Of a DNA stretch of 64,000 bases, positions 38,615 to 48,443 are shown one piece after another; positions within the stretch are counted from its first letter, which is position 1; the number at the start of each line of letters is the position of its first letter. This stretch comes from a virus. The notes under the pieces are model-generated. The model was given only the letters and a program-made list of their open reading frames with translations, searched no databases and had not been told where the DNA came from. Location: IMG/VR virus record IMGVR_UViG_3300021139_001840, positions 32,792 through 96,791 of that record. One strand, 5' to 3'. The translations under genes were made by a program, and so were the position numbers.

Positions 38615-39415
38615 ATGACATCATTTACAACAGAAGATAGAATTAACGCAAATAAACTAGTTGAAGAAGCCCCGTATCATCCTGGATACGAAGATGCCGC
38701 AATGAATATGAGCGACAAAGGTTACAAAGAAACTAACCTAGCAGACGCTATCCGCTTTAAAATGAAGCGTGATAAAAAACGTTTTTGGGCTGGTGATAAT
38801 ATTAGTGATTACTTACACGAAGGTGATAAGGAAATCCTAATCAAGGAAGCCACAGAAGCTTTTGAAAAAGTGTTGGACACACTATTGATTGATCGTGAAA
38901 ACGATCCTAATAGTCACGGTACAGCCAAGCGACTAGCTAAAATGTATTTTACCGAAATCATGGCTGGTCGCTATGAACCTGCCCCAGATTGTACAGCATT
39001 TCCAAATAATAGCAAGGATAGATATGAAGGTATGTTGGTTGTACGGAGTGAGCTCCGTAGTATGTGTAGTCATCACCATCAGCCTGTCGTTGGGGTCGCT
39101 TATATTGGGATCATTGCTGCTGACAGGCTTATTGGACTTAGTAAGTATACTCGCATTGCTCAGTGGTGTGCTCGCCGTGGTACACTTCAAGAAGAATTGT
39201 GTAACGACATCGCAAGAGAAATAATGAAAGCAACAGGTAGTAAAGATGTAGGGGTTTATATCGAATGTGAGCATGGCTGTTGCATTAACAGGGGCATTAT
39301 GGCTCATAGTTCGTTAACACAAACAGCGGTACTACTTGGGGCTTTTAATAGCGATATGGGTACTAAGAAAGAGTTTTACGATAATATTAAACTACAATCA
39401 AGAAACGGCAAGTAA
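38615..39415 (+). CDS. folE: GTP cyclohydrolase I
   Basis: SMCSHH, GLSKY.R, LQE, H.C...RG. Confidence 0.95.
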   Translation: MTSFTTEDRINANKLVEEAPYHPGYEDAAMNMSDKGYKETNLADAIRFKMKRDKKRFWAGDNISDYLHEGDKEILIKEATEAFEKVLDTLLIDRENDPNSHGTAKRLAKMYFTEIMAGRYEPAPDCTAFPNNSKDRYEGMLVVRSELRSMCSHHHQPVVGVAYIGIIAADRLIGLSKYTRIAQWCARRGTLQEELCNDIAREIMKATGSKDVGVYIECEHGCCINRGIMAHSSLTQTAVLLGAFNSDMGTKKEFYDNIKLQSRNGK

Positions 39416-39732
39416 TCCGAACCCATTATCTCTCCAAGTTTTTGTTGGATCGATATTTAAGTGATTGATTTTTTTGCTTGCCCTGCCGTTTTAGTTGATT
39501 TTATTTTATTAAACCTATATAATAGTTTTATGATTAAACTGGATGTTGTGACAAATGAGAAAAGTTCCACTAAGTCAGCAAAAATGTAAGTATAAAGGTT
39601 GCAAACACAAGCGGTTTTTAAGGTTGTGGGCAGTTGGGTATTGCTACGAACACGCTTTTGAAAACTTAAAGAAATCTAAAGAAAGAGTTTATGGATAATA
39701 TTAAATTACAACAGGACTTCGCACCAAGATGA
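39416..39732. pseudogene. decayed insertion ending in a displaced duplicate of the folE 3' end
   Basis: 39679-39732 encodes KKEFMDNIKLQQDFAPR*, versus folE KKEFYDNIKLQSRNGK*; spacer lacks an intact ORF. Confidence 0.6.
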
Positions 39733-39815
39733 TTGATCAAATTTTACACGAAATTTATGTATATTGGATTATGCTTATCGCATTTATCCAGCATCTTTTT
39801 TCATAAGGAAATAAC

Positions 39816-40040
39816 ATGGACAATATAAACATTCTAGCTAACAGAGCTATCGAACGAGCAAAAAACTTACAAGAGTTTTTAGTTTTTCGAGATATGGATG
39901 AATTAGTGTTTGATGGCAATCCTATGCCGTACAGTATTAATCATGTTATGGGCGGTCCTGTAGAAATTATGGTTCCTGCTATTAGTCAAGAAGAAGCTGA
40001 ACAACGAGTCAATAATTGGTTAAAAGGTCAACGAGCTTAA
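39816..40040 (+). CDS. hypothetical protein
   Basis: 74 aa, AAGGA RBS. Confidence 0.7.
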   Translation: MDNINILANRAIERAKNLQEFLVFRDMDELVFDGNPMPYSINHVMGGPVEIMVPAISQEEAEQRVNNWLKGQRA

Positions 40041-40119
40041 ATACAGTTAGCGGTCTTTCGGCGTCATCCCGCTTTACAAATTCTGCCGCCTATGCTATAA
40101 TTTAACATAGGAGAAACAA
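40038..40119 (+). promoter_or_regulatory. structured queD leader with nested late and sigma70 promoters
   Basis: TAAATA 40038; AGCGG/CCGCT stem; CGGCG/TGCCG pseudoknot; CCTATG/CATAGG over RBS; TTTACA-17-TATAAT. Confidence 0.6.
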
Positions 40120-40623
40120 ATGGCAAACCAAGCAATTCAATACAAATATACAAGTACCAAAGAGTATCACAACGCATTTCCTTGCGCTTATCGTCAATGG
40201 AGAGCAGACAGTCATTGTAACTTAATTCACGGCTACGCATTTAGTATGAAGTTTTATTTTGGCACAAACGACTTGGATGTGCGTAACTGGGCAGCCGATT
40301 ATGGTGGCTTGAAAGAACTTAAAGGTATTTTAGAAAGTCAATTTGATCATACTTTACTAGTAGCAGAGGATGATCCAGAGCTAAACTTTTATAAAGAAAT
40401 GGAAAAGCGTAAATTAGCCAAACTTACTATCCTTCCTAAACTTGGGTGTGAAGGTCTAGCAGATCAACTTTACAAATATGTCAACGGTGTTTATATTCCA
40501 GATATGTGGGGTAGTGCTGAAGCTGACCGTTTATGGTGCTATCGTGTGGAAGTTCGCGAAACACAATCAAATATGGCTTTTAGAGAGGGGCATAGATGTT
40601 GGGACGAAGACCTTTTTGCATAA
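40120..40623 (+). CDS. queD: 6-carboxy-tetrahydropterin synthase
   Basis: SHCNLIHGY, DYGGLK..FDHT, CEGLA, VRET. Confidence 0.88.
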   Translation: MANQAIQYKYTSTKEYHNAFPCAYRQWRADSHCNLIHGYAFSMKFYFGTNDLDVRNWAADYGGLKELKGILESQFDHTLLVAEDDPELNFYKEMEKRKLAKLTILPKLGCEGLADQLYKYVNGVYIPDMWGSAEADRLWCYRVEVRETQSNMAFREGHRCWDEDLFA

Positions 40624-40685
40624 TTTTATCACAATGTCCCTAACAAAACGCACATTTTGTATAAATACCAGTAAGGAGATCAAAA

Positions 40686-41369
40686 ATGTTCTATTACTTG
40701 TATGAAATTAAAAATACCGTAAACAATAAAATTTACGTAGGCGTCCATCAAACAAAAGATATAAATGATGGATATATGGGAAGCGGGACTGTCATAAACA
40801 GAGCGTATGAAAAATACGGAAAAGAACAGTTTGTTAAAACTGTTCTTGAATATTTTAATACTCGTGAAGATATGATTAGTCAAGAAATAGAAATTGTAAA
40901 TGAGGATTTCTTATTAAGAGATGATACTTACAATGTAAGACGCGGCGGAACTGGAGGGTTTGATTACATCAACAAAAACGGATTAAACATAAATCACGCA
41001 CCTAGGTCTGATGAATTTAAGAAGAACTTGTCTGAGAGGATGAAAAACGATAATCCGAGTAAACGACCAGGGGCTAAAGAGAGAATGAGTGTAGCAACAA
41101 AAAAAGTAATGGAGCAAGGAACTCATCCGTTTTTGGACCCAGAAAAGCAAAGAGAATTATCTAACAGGCCGAGAAAAGATGGTAGAACCAAATCAGAAGT
41201 TTCAAAGGAAACAGCAAGTAGAATGGTAGAAAATGGAACTCATAGTTTTTTGAAAATGAATTCTGAAAAAATACCATGTGAGCATTGTGGTAAGGTGATA
41301 TCTTACCCAAACTACAAAAGATGGCACGGAACAAAATGCCGTGAATGGAACGAGGACTTGTTTGAATAA
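40686..41369 (+). CDS. GIY-YIG (Seg-like) homing endonuclease
   Basis: YLYEIKN..NKIYVGVH..DGYMGSG; TATAAATA upstream. Confidence 0.9.
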   Translation: MFYYLYEIKNTVNNKIYVGVHQTKDINDGYMGSGTVINRAYEKYGKEQFVKTVLEYFNTREDMISQEIEIVNEDFLLRDDTYNVRRGGTGGFDYINKNGLNINHAPRSDEFKKNLSERMKNDNPSKRPGAKERMSVATKKVMEQGTHPFLDPEKQRELSNRPRKDGRTKSEVSKETASRMVENGTHSFLKMNSEKIPCEHCGKVISYPNYKRWHGTKCREWNEDLFE

Positions 41370-41637
41370 TAAAATTAACGAAATACTCGACATACTCCAA
41401 GAGGAGTGTGCCGAGGTTATACAGGCTGTTAGTAAGTGCCGCAGATTTGGTATAGACGAATTACATATCAAGTCAGGGACAACTCAACGCGAACAATTAG
41501 TACAAGAGTTAGGCGATGTTACCTTACTAATCGAATTGTTGAATTCTTACGAATTATTTACAAAAGAAGAATTACATCTCGCCCAAGCAAACAAGGCTTC
41601 AAAATTATCAAAATGGTCTAGAATTTACGAAGACTAA
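41362..41637 (+). CDS. MazG-like nucleotide pyrophosphohydrolase
   Basis: LQEECAEVIQAVSK..RFG..L.QELGDV; start uncertain (TTG 41362). Confidence 0.75.
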   Translation: MNNKINEILDILQEECAEVIQAVSKCRRFGIDELHIKSGTTQREQLVQELGDVTLLIELLNSYELFTKEELHLAQANKASKLSKWSRIYED

Positions 41638-41694
41638 AAATTATTAAGTGCTCATATTATCCAGTAAATAGTACAAACGTACACAAGGATAACA

Positions 41695-42534
41695 ATGGCA
41701 AAGTCTAAAACACTTAAAGTTAATGAATATAAAATAGCAGTATTGCTACCCACTCGTGGTAGAACAACCGCACTAAAATTAAGTGTAATCAGCATCTTTA
41801 ATCGAGTATTAGATTTAGATAGCGTACAACTTATACTAGGTTTTGATAATGATGATGAAGTTGGATTACGTTATTTTCAACAAAGCATACAACCTTGGTT
41901 GGAAGAAAAAGGCGCACATTATACAGTCATGTTATTTGAGCCCATGGGCTACATTGGGTTAAATCGCTACTATAACGGGTTGGCAAAAGAAGCTACAGCC
42001 GATTGGTTATTTGTTTGGAATGATGATGCTCTCATGGAAACTACCGGATGGGACAAAATTGTTACCGGCCACGACGGAGAATTTAAACTATTAAAGATTC
42101 ACGTACACCGTGAACATCCATATTCTATTTTTCCTATATTTCCAAAAGAATGGTTTGACTTATTTGGATTCGTTACTAGACATCAAATGACCGATGCTGA
42201 GCTTAGTCAAATAGCTTACATGCTTGACATAATGGAAATAGTTGAAATTTATGCTACGCATGACAGACATGACTTAACCGGAAGCAATCAAGACCTCACA
42301 TATAAGAATCGAAAATTACTGGAGGGAAATCCTAATAACCCAGAAGATTTTCATCATGTTTCTTTTGGGCAGGGAAGGCTTCAGGATACTGAAGTAATAG
42401 CAAACTATTTAAAATCCAAAGGAAAAGATACTTCATTTTGGGGAAAAGTTAAAGCAGGACAACAAGATCCCTGGCAAAAACTTCGGGAAAATGATGTTAA
42501 CAAACAAATGATACAAACTACTATAAAACAATAA
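41695..42534 (+). CDS. GT-A (family 2-like) glycosyltransferase
   Basis: VLLPTRGR, FDNDD, FVWNDDA. Confidence 0.75.
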   Translation: MAKSKTLKVNEYKIAVLLPTRGRTTALKLSVISIFNRVLDLDSVQLILGFDNDDEVGLRYFQQSIQPWLEEKGAHYTVMLFEPMGYIGLNRYYNGLAKEATADWLFVWNDDALMETTGWDKIVTGHDGEFKLLKIHVHREHPYSIFPIFPKEWFDLFGFVTRHQMTDAELSQIAYMLDIMEIVEIYATHDRHDLTGSNQDLTYKNRKLLEGNPNNPEDFHHVSFGQGRLQDTEVIANYLKSKGKDTSFWGKVKAGQQDPWQKLRENDVNKQMIQTTIKQ

Positions 42535-43763
42535 TGAGTAAAATAACTGAAAGCGCACATTTAGACCGCTGTTTGATTACAGGCGAGTTCGTTACAAAAG
42601 TTTTAGATTTTGGTCAACACGCTTATGCCGATACATTTATTGCAGAAGATCAGTTGCGTATGTCTGAACCAGTCTTCCCACTACAACTACATTTAAATCC
42701 TAGCTCAGGTGGATTACAATTGGGTTATGTTAGTGACGCAGAAGATCGTTACAATTTGTATAGCTATAGTTATACTTCCAGTAACAGCAAAACTGCCCGA
42801 AAACACTGGGATGAATATGCCAATACCATTAAAGGTAAATTCAACACAGAAGGTCTTGTAGTAGAGATTGGCAGTAACGATGGATATCTTATCGGCCAGT
42901 TTAGTAACGAAAAAACTAAGGCTATTGGTATCGACTCTAGTGCCGCTATGTGTGCCATAGCCAAAGAGCGTGGAGTAGAAACTATTAACGAATTGTTTAG
43001 TAAGGATGTTGCGGCGGCACTTGAAATAGCTGAAGGTCCAGCTAGTGTTATTATGGCAAACAATGTATTCAATCATGCTAACGATCCAGTTGCGTTTGCT
43101 AGTGCTGTAGCTGACTTACTAGCCAAGGATGGTGTATTTGTATTCGAAGCTCCATATTGGGCTAGTATGATTGAAAGTGAACGATTTGTTGATATGGTAT
43201 ATCACGAACATATCAGTTACTTTACTGTTAAAAGCATTTGGAACTTGTTACAACAAGTGGGATTAGAAATAGCAGACTTTGACGTTGTTGATTATCACGG
43301 AGGCAGTCTTCGTGTTATTGCTAGACACAGTACTGATAACGGAATGCCGTTTTTAGTTCGCGGCACTATTGAAAACGAAACTGCCATGGGATTATTTGAT
43401 ATTAAATTTTATGAGAAATTACAAACTAAATTTGAAACTCAACGTAACAAGTGGCTATTAAACTTTTATGAAATATTGGATAAAGAACCAAAAGCTGTTA
43501 TTATTGGGGTAGGAGCTGCCGCCAAAGCTAATACATGGTTAACTTGGCATGGACTTAACAAAACACACTTGAATTGTATCACCGATGCTAGTGAGTTTAA
43601 ACAAGGAAAGTATACTCCATTAAGTCGTATTCCTATTCGTGGCGATGATGAATTTGCCCAACACACTAATCCTTATGCTTTGGTACTAAGCTGGAATATT
43701 GGCGAGTCACTAAAAAACGCATTACTCAAAATCAACCCTAACACAAAGTTTATATCACAATGA
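42534..43763 (+). CDS. NDP-hexose C-methyltransferase
   Basis: VEIGSNDG, NVFNH, YHEHISYF, HGGSLR, GAAAKA, KQGKYTP, LSWN. Confidence 0.88.
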   Translation: MSKITESAHLDRCLITGEFVTKVLDFGQHAYADTFIAEDQLRMSEPVFPLQLHLNPSSGGLQLGYVSDAEDRYNLYSYSYTSSNSKTARKHWDEYANTIKGKFNTEGLVVEIGSNDGYLIGQFSNEKTKAIGIDSSAAMCAIAKERGVETINELFSKDVAAALEIAEGPASVIMANNVFNHANDPVAFASAVADLLAKDGVFVFEAPYWASMIESERFVDMVYHEHISYFTVKSIWNLLQQVGLEIADFDVVDYHGGSLRVIARHSTDNGMPFLVRGTIENETAMGLFDIKFYEKLQTKFETQRNKWLLNFYEILDKEPKAVIIGVGAAAKANTWLTWHGLNKTHLNCITDASEFKQGKYTPLSRIPIRGDDEFAQHTNPYALVLSWNIGESLKNALLKINPNTKFISQ

Positions 43764-44170
43764 AACATTACAACATTTACAACAACACAGAACCTAAGTT
43801 AGGTCAATTTACAGACGACCGCGGAAGTATTACAGATATTTTCCATTTGATAGATATGAACTCTGGTTGCCTTATTACTAATACCCCAGGGGCTATTCGT
43901 GCTAATCACTATCACAAGTTAACCACACAGTACACTTACATACTGACAGGTTCTATTGATTACTACTCTAAACCTGTTGGTAGTGAAGAGCCAGCTAATG
44001 TTATTACAGCAGGTGCTGGTGAATTTATTATCTCTGAACCTAATGAAATACACGCTTGGCGTACAGGTCCAGAAGGTTGTACACTGATTGCTTTTGCTCA
44101 AGGCCCACGTGGTGGCGAGGATTATGAGTCAGATACTATCCGCGTAGAATCGATTATACCCAATGACTAA
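43760..44170 (+). CDS. cupin, NDP-sugar isomerase/epimerase-like
   Basis: DDRGSI, RANHYH, PNEIHA. Confidence 0.75.
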   Translation: MKHYNIYNNTEPKLGQFTDDRGSITDIFHLIDMNSGCLITNTPGAIRANHYHKLTTQYTYILTGSIDYYSKPVGSEEPANVITAGAGEFIISEPNEIHAWRTGPEGCTLIAFAQGPRGGEDYESDTIRVESIIPND

Positions 44171-44762
44171 ACGAGCAGTTATATTTGGATCTAGTGGCGG
44201 AATTGGATCAGCAACTTGCAAAGCATTTAGAAATGCGGGGTATCTTGTCACCCCGGTTAGCAGTGGAAATATTAATTTTGTTTATATACAAAGCCATACT
44301 CAAGTAGAAGAATTATTGGCTCAAACAGATCCGGATGTAGTAGTAAATTGTGTAGGGCATTTTGATAAATCAAATTTTGAAACACACTCTAATACTTTTG
44401 ATATCAATGTTGGATCTAATTGGTCTATAATTCGTTATTACATTAACAAGGAAGGTAACGATAAACCTGTTAAAATTATCATGGTAGGATCTAGTGCTTA
44501 TAAATCAGGTCGTAAAGATTATATTTTATACGCAGCCAGTAAAGCCGCACTATATAATATATGGCAAGGTGCTTGTGAATACTTTAAAGGCAATAATATC
44601 ACAGTAGGATTAATTAATCCAGTTAAAACACGTACCGCAATGATTGACGTTAAAACTTCGGCTGTATGTTTAGAGCCCGAAGATGTAGCACAAGAAATAT
44701 TAAGTATGGCATCAGTTAACTCTAATCAGTTAATTGATATGAAGTATCCAGAGGAGAACTGA
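44163..44762 (+). CDS. short-chain dehydrogenase/reductase
   Basis: GSSGGIG, YAASK. Confidence 0.85.
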   Translation: MTKRAVIFGSSGGIGSATCKAFRNAGYLVTPVSSGNINFVYIQSHTQVEELLAQTDPDVVVNCVGHFDKSNFETHSNTFDINVGSNWSIIRYYINKEGNDKPVKIIMVGSSAYKSGRKDYILYAASKAALYNIWQGACEYFKGNNITVGLINPVKTRTAMIDVKTSAVCLEPEDVAQEILSMASVNSNQLIDMKYPEEN

Positions 44763-45536
44763 ATGAAAATTGGAATTATAGGCAAAGGCACCGTAGGTAA
44801 AGCAGTATACGAAGGATTAAATCACTTAGGTCATCAAATGTCATTTTTTGACCCAGCGTATGAAGGGTCAACGCTCAATGACGTGATAGGAGCAGAGTGT
44901 GTATTCATCTGTGTGCCAACTAATCAAGCGCCCAATGGTGATTGTGATACAGGTATTGTTGAACGAGTGGTTGGGGAATTGGATGTTGCTGGATATAAAG
45001 GTTTAGTAGGTCTTAAGAGCACTTGTGTTCCAGGTACTTGTAATAAGTTAGCTGCGCAATACCCTAACTTGCGTATTTGCTCCGTTCCAGAATTCCTACG
45101 TGCTAAAACAGCATTAGCTGACTTCATGTATAATCATGATTTACTAGTAATTGGTAGCGATCGCGAAGAAGATTATATTATTGTTAAAGCCATTCATGGC
45201 AAATTACCACAAAATGTTGCTTGTGTAAAACCCGCAGAAGCAGAAGTTATCAAATATTTTAACAACGTTAATCATTCTGCACAAATTATTTTTGCTAACA
45301 TTGCGTATGATGTTTGCAAAGCATTAGGAGTTGATTATAATAATGTGTACGAAGCTATTATCAAAAGAGAGTGTTTTAATCCAGCATACTTGATGTGTAA
45401 TGATAACTTGCGAGGATTTGGTGGGCATTGTTTGCCAAAAGATACAAGTGCTTGGGCCAATTTGGTCAAGAATTTAGGTTTAAACTATTCTATGATCGAT
45501 GCTATACAAAAAGACAATGAAGGATTGGGTAAATGA
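44763..45536 (+). CDS. UDP-glucose/GDP-mannose dehydrogenase family (short form)
   Basis: GIIGKGTVG, CVPT, KST, PEFLR, GFGGHCLPKD. Confidence 0.88.
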   Translation: MKIGIIGKGTVGKAVYEGLNHLGHQMSFFDPAYEGSTLNDVIGAECVFICVPTNQAPNGDCDTGIVERVVGELDVAGYKGLVGLKSTCVPGTCNKLAAQYPNLRICSVPEFLRAKTALADFMYNHDLLVIGSDREEDYIIVKAIHGKLPQNVACVKPAEAEVIKYFNNVNHSAQIIFANIAYDVCKALGVDYNNVYEAIIKRECFNPAYLMCNDNLRGFGGHCLPKDTSAWANLVKNLGLNYSMIDAIQKDNEGLGK

Positions 45537-46423
45537 GTAAAATTTTAGTTACAGGTGCCAGCGGCTTACTTGGTACAGAATTCTGTCGTCAGTTTAAGGA
45601 AGCCGGACATATTGTTTATGCCATAGACAATCATAGCCGTAGCACAACTATTCCAAGTTGTGACGAATGGTACAGAATTGATTTAAACAATGTAGATGAT
45701 CTCAATCAACTTCCTACAGATTTTGATTACATTTATCACTATGGCGCTATCAACGGCACTACTAACTTTTATAAAATGCCTAACAAAGTATTGGCCAATA
45801 ATTTTGTTTGCGATTTAAATATTTTTAACTTTGCTCGCAAATGTGTTAATTTAAAGAGGTTGGTATACGCATCAAGTTCGGAAGTGGTAGCTGATGATCC
45901 TACTAGTCCTGTTTCCGAAAATACCAACGTTGTGATTAAAGATATACACAATGCTCGCTGGAGTTATCGATTAGCTAAAATTACTTCTGAAAATTATTTG
46001 GCCAATTCCGATCTGCCATATGTTACACTACGCTACTTTAATGTTTATGGAGAAAACAGTAAACAAGGACATTTTTTAGGTGATCAAATTAACAAAATAC
46101 AAAATGGTATTTTTACAGTAATTGGCCCACACGAAACTCGTAGCTTCTGTCATGTAAGTGATGCTACTCGTGCCTCCATTTATGTTGCCGAAAATATTGA
46201 CCGTCAATTAATCAATATTGGCAACGATAACGAAATCACTATTGGCGATGCGGTTAAAATTATTGCTAAAAACCTTGGTTATCCAAACGCTAAATTTGAA
46301 ATACTACCAAGTATGCAAGGAAGCCCTTCAAATCGTCGCCCAGATATTTCAAAATTACGTTCAATTATGCCCGATTATGAACCTATGAGTTTCGAAGCAG
46401 GAATTCAACAAATATTAGGTTGA
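45533..46423 (+). CDS. NAD-dependent sugar epimerase/dehydratase
   Basis: VTGASGLLG, SSSEV, YRLAK, RYFNVYG, RRPDI. Confidence 0.9.
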   Translation: MSKILVTGASGLLGTEFCRQFKEAGHIVYAIDNHSRSTTIPSCDEWYRIDLNNVDDLNQLPTDFDYIYHYGAINGTTNFYKMPNKVLANNFVCDLNIFNFARKCVNLKRLVYASSSEVVADDPTSPVSENTNVVIKDIHNARWSYRLAKITSENYLANSDLPYVTLRYFNVYGENSKQGHFLGDQINKIQNGIFTVIGPHETRSFCHVSDATRASIYVAENIDRQLINIGNDNEITIGDAVKIIAKNLGYPNAKFEILPSMQGSPSNRRPDISKLRSIMPDYEPMSFEAGIQQILG

Positions 46424-46477
46424 CAAATTTCTGTAGATAGTATATAATATTTAAATATATTACTCTATAGGAACATA

Positions 46478-46978
46478 ATGAAAAAAGTATTTTTAAGTTG
46501 GCGAAACGTAGAAAAACATTGCCAAGAAATCTTACGTCAAATTCATCTTGATAATTGGCAGCCGGACTATGTTGTAGGTATTACCAGAGGAGGGCTAGTA
46601 CCAGCTAATCTTATTAGCCAATATTTAAATATCCCAATGGAAACTCTTAAAGTAAGTTTGCGAGATGATAGTAGCCAGCCCGAAAGTAACTTATGGATGG
46701 CGGAAGATGCGTTTCAAGGCAAAAAAATTCTTATTATCGATGACATTAACGATTCTGGTGCTACCCTAAACTATATCAAAGAAGATTGGTCAAGTAGTTG
46801 TTTATGCAATCACCCAGATTGGAACAATGTATGGGGGGAAAGTGTTCGAGTGGCTACATTGATTGATAATGAATCGAGCAATTCAGAGCTTGACATTAGA
46901 TATTCTGGTGTTACAATAAACAAAGCCGAAGAAGATCAGTGGATCGTATTTCCTTGGGAAGATTGGTGGAAAAATTGA
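46478..46978 (+). CDS. purine phosphoribosyltransferase (Gpt-like)
   Basis: GITRGG, ILIIDDINDSGAT PRPP loop, WIVFPWE. Confidence 0.85.
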   Translation: MKKVFLSWRNVEKHCQEILRQIHLDNWQPDYVVGITRGGLVPANLISQYLNIPMETLKVSLRDDSSQPESNLWMAEDAFQGKKILIIDDINDSGATLNYIKEDWSSSCLCNHPDWNNVWGESVRVATLIDNESSNSELDIRYSGVTINKAEEDQWIVFPWEDWWKN

Positions 46979-47829
46979 GTAAATTAAAAGTAGCTGAGTT
47001 ATTTTATAGCATTCAGGGCGAAGGTCGCTATATGGGGGTTCCGAGTGTATTCTTACGTACATTCGGCTGCAATTTCCGCTGTTCCGGGTTTGGTATGCCT
47101 AAAGGTCAACTTAGCACAGAAGTAGAAGATATTGTCGAAGTTGTTCATATGTTTTCTTCATATGACGAGTTGCCGTTAGTTTCTACAGGTTGCGATAGTT
47201 ATGCTAGTTGGGACCCGCGTTTTAAAGATTTATCTCCGTTATTAGAAACAGATTTAATTGTTGAGCGCATAATGGAAATGTTGCCATTTAAACAATGGGG
47301 TGGTGAACATTTAGTTATTACTGGGGGAGAGCCTTTACTAGGGTGGCAGAGATCGTATCCAGCTTTATTAGAACATGAAAATATGGTAGACTTACAAGAG
47401 CTTACTTTTGAAACTAATGGCACACAGGCATTAACAGAAGAATTTAGAAATTATTTGTTTGAAGACTGGACCAGGTTTGGTCGTGATAGAGAAAAACTTA
47501 CATTTAGTGTTAGTGCCAAACTAAGCAATAGTGGCGAATCAAGGGAAGATGCTATCAAACCTGAAGTTGTTTGTGGTTATCAAGAAATTGGTCATACATA
47601 TTTAAAATTTGTAGTTGCCACCGAGGAAGACGTAGAAGAAGCATTGGCCGCAGCCAGTACCTTTCAAGCTGCAGGTTTTGGCGGATCTATTTACTTAATG
47701 CCTGTAGGTGGAGTTGAAAGCGTTTATTCACTTAACAATAAACGAGTAGCAGAATTAGCAATGGCAAATGGACTACGATATAGTGATAGACTTCAAGTTC
47801 CTTTGTTCAAAAACGCTTGGGGAACATAA
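46975..47829 (+). CDS. queE: 7-carboxy-7-deazaguanine synthase (radical SAM)
   Basis: ELFYSIQGEG..G.PSVFLR..GCNFRC...CDS, ITGGEP, ETNG; TTG start overlapping upstream stop. Confidence 0.92.
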   Translation: MSKLKVAELFYSIQGEGRYMGVPSVFLRTFGCNFRCSGFGMPKGQLSTEVEDIVEVVHMFSSYDELPLVSTGCDSYASWDPRFKDLSPLLETDLIVERIMEMLPFKQWGGEHLVITGGEPLLGWQRSYPALLEHENMVDLQELTFETNGTQALTEEFRNYLFEDWTRFGRDREKLTFSVSAKLSNSGESREDAIKPEVVCGYQEIGHTYLKFVVATEEDVEEALAAASTFQAAGFGGSIYLMPVGGVESVYSLNNKRVAELAMANGLRYSDRLQVPLFKNAWGT

Positions 47830-48194
47830 TGGGATTATTTGATATATTTAAAAAGAAAAAAATTGCCGCAGTAGCACTTGAACAACTTAAATCAGCCAAA
47901 CAAATTGCTACAGAAAAAGGCGAACCATACTTTGAAGTATTAAGCATGGAAATTGATCCTACTGATATAAACAATGGTTCATTTGAGTTTGATTGGAACG
48001 ATAAAATGATTGCTGATCTTATTAGACATGGTTATCAAATGGATCCTAGAGACACTGATGCTGATATTGTTGATAGATGGTTCACTGCTGTTTGTCGTAA
48101 TGTAGTTTTAGAAACTGCTGAACAATACGAAGCAATGTCTACCCGTGTAGTTAAATCCAAAGATGTTGGCGATGGCAGGAGTGAAGTTAGTTGA
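47829..48194 (+). CDS. hypothetical protein
   Basis: MGLFDIFKK..., coupled to queE stop. Confidence 0.7.
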   Translation: MGLFDIFKKKKIAAVALEQLKSAKQIATEKGEPYFEVLSMEIDPTDINNGSFEFDWNDKMIADLIRHGYQMDPRDTDADIVDRWFTAVCRNVVLETAEQYEAMSTRVVKSKDVGDGRSEVS

Positions 48195-48400
48195 TTGAAT
48201 TTACGTTGCCTGGCAAATACAATACTGTAATTGAGTGTTGTGAGAAATACATTAGCCCCAGAAAATACTGGCTTCATGATAAGGTAGGCGGTAACGGTTG
48301 GGAAGTAACACATAGTTCAGATTTAAATAAAGGATTTCAAGCTAAACTCAAAGTAGACGATGAGTTAATGGCTACATTTATTATGATAAAACTAAAATGA
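48191..48400 (+). CDS. hypothetical protein
   Basis: 69 aa ORF. Confidence 0.55.
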   Translation: MIEFTLPGKYNTVIECCEKYISPRKYWLHDKVGGNGWEVTHSSDLNKGFQAKLKVDDELMATFIMIKLK

Positions 48401-48443
48401 TGTAAGTAAATTTGACATTCTGTTTGCATCTAATAAATATAGT

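Noticed and set aside
40049-40090. Canonical preQ1-I riboswitch call
   Set aside because: It lacks the recognisable loop consensus and A-rich tail pattern; kept only as an unassigned candidate.
41695-46423. Host O-antigen island or assembly chimera
   Set aside because: Composition, TAAATA promoter and tight coupling match the flanking phage genes, with no integrase or junction signal.
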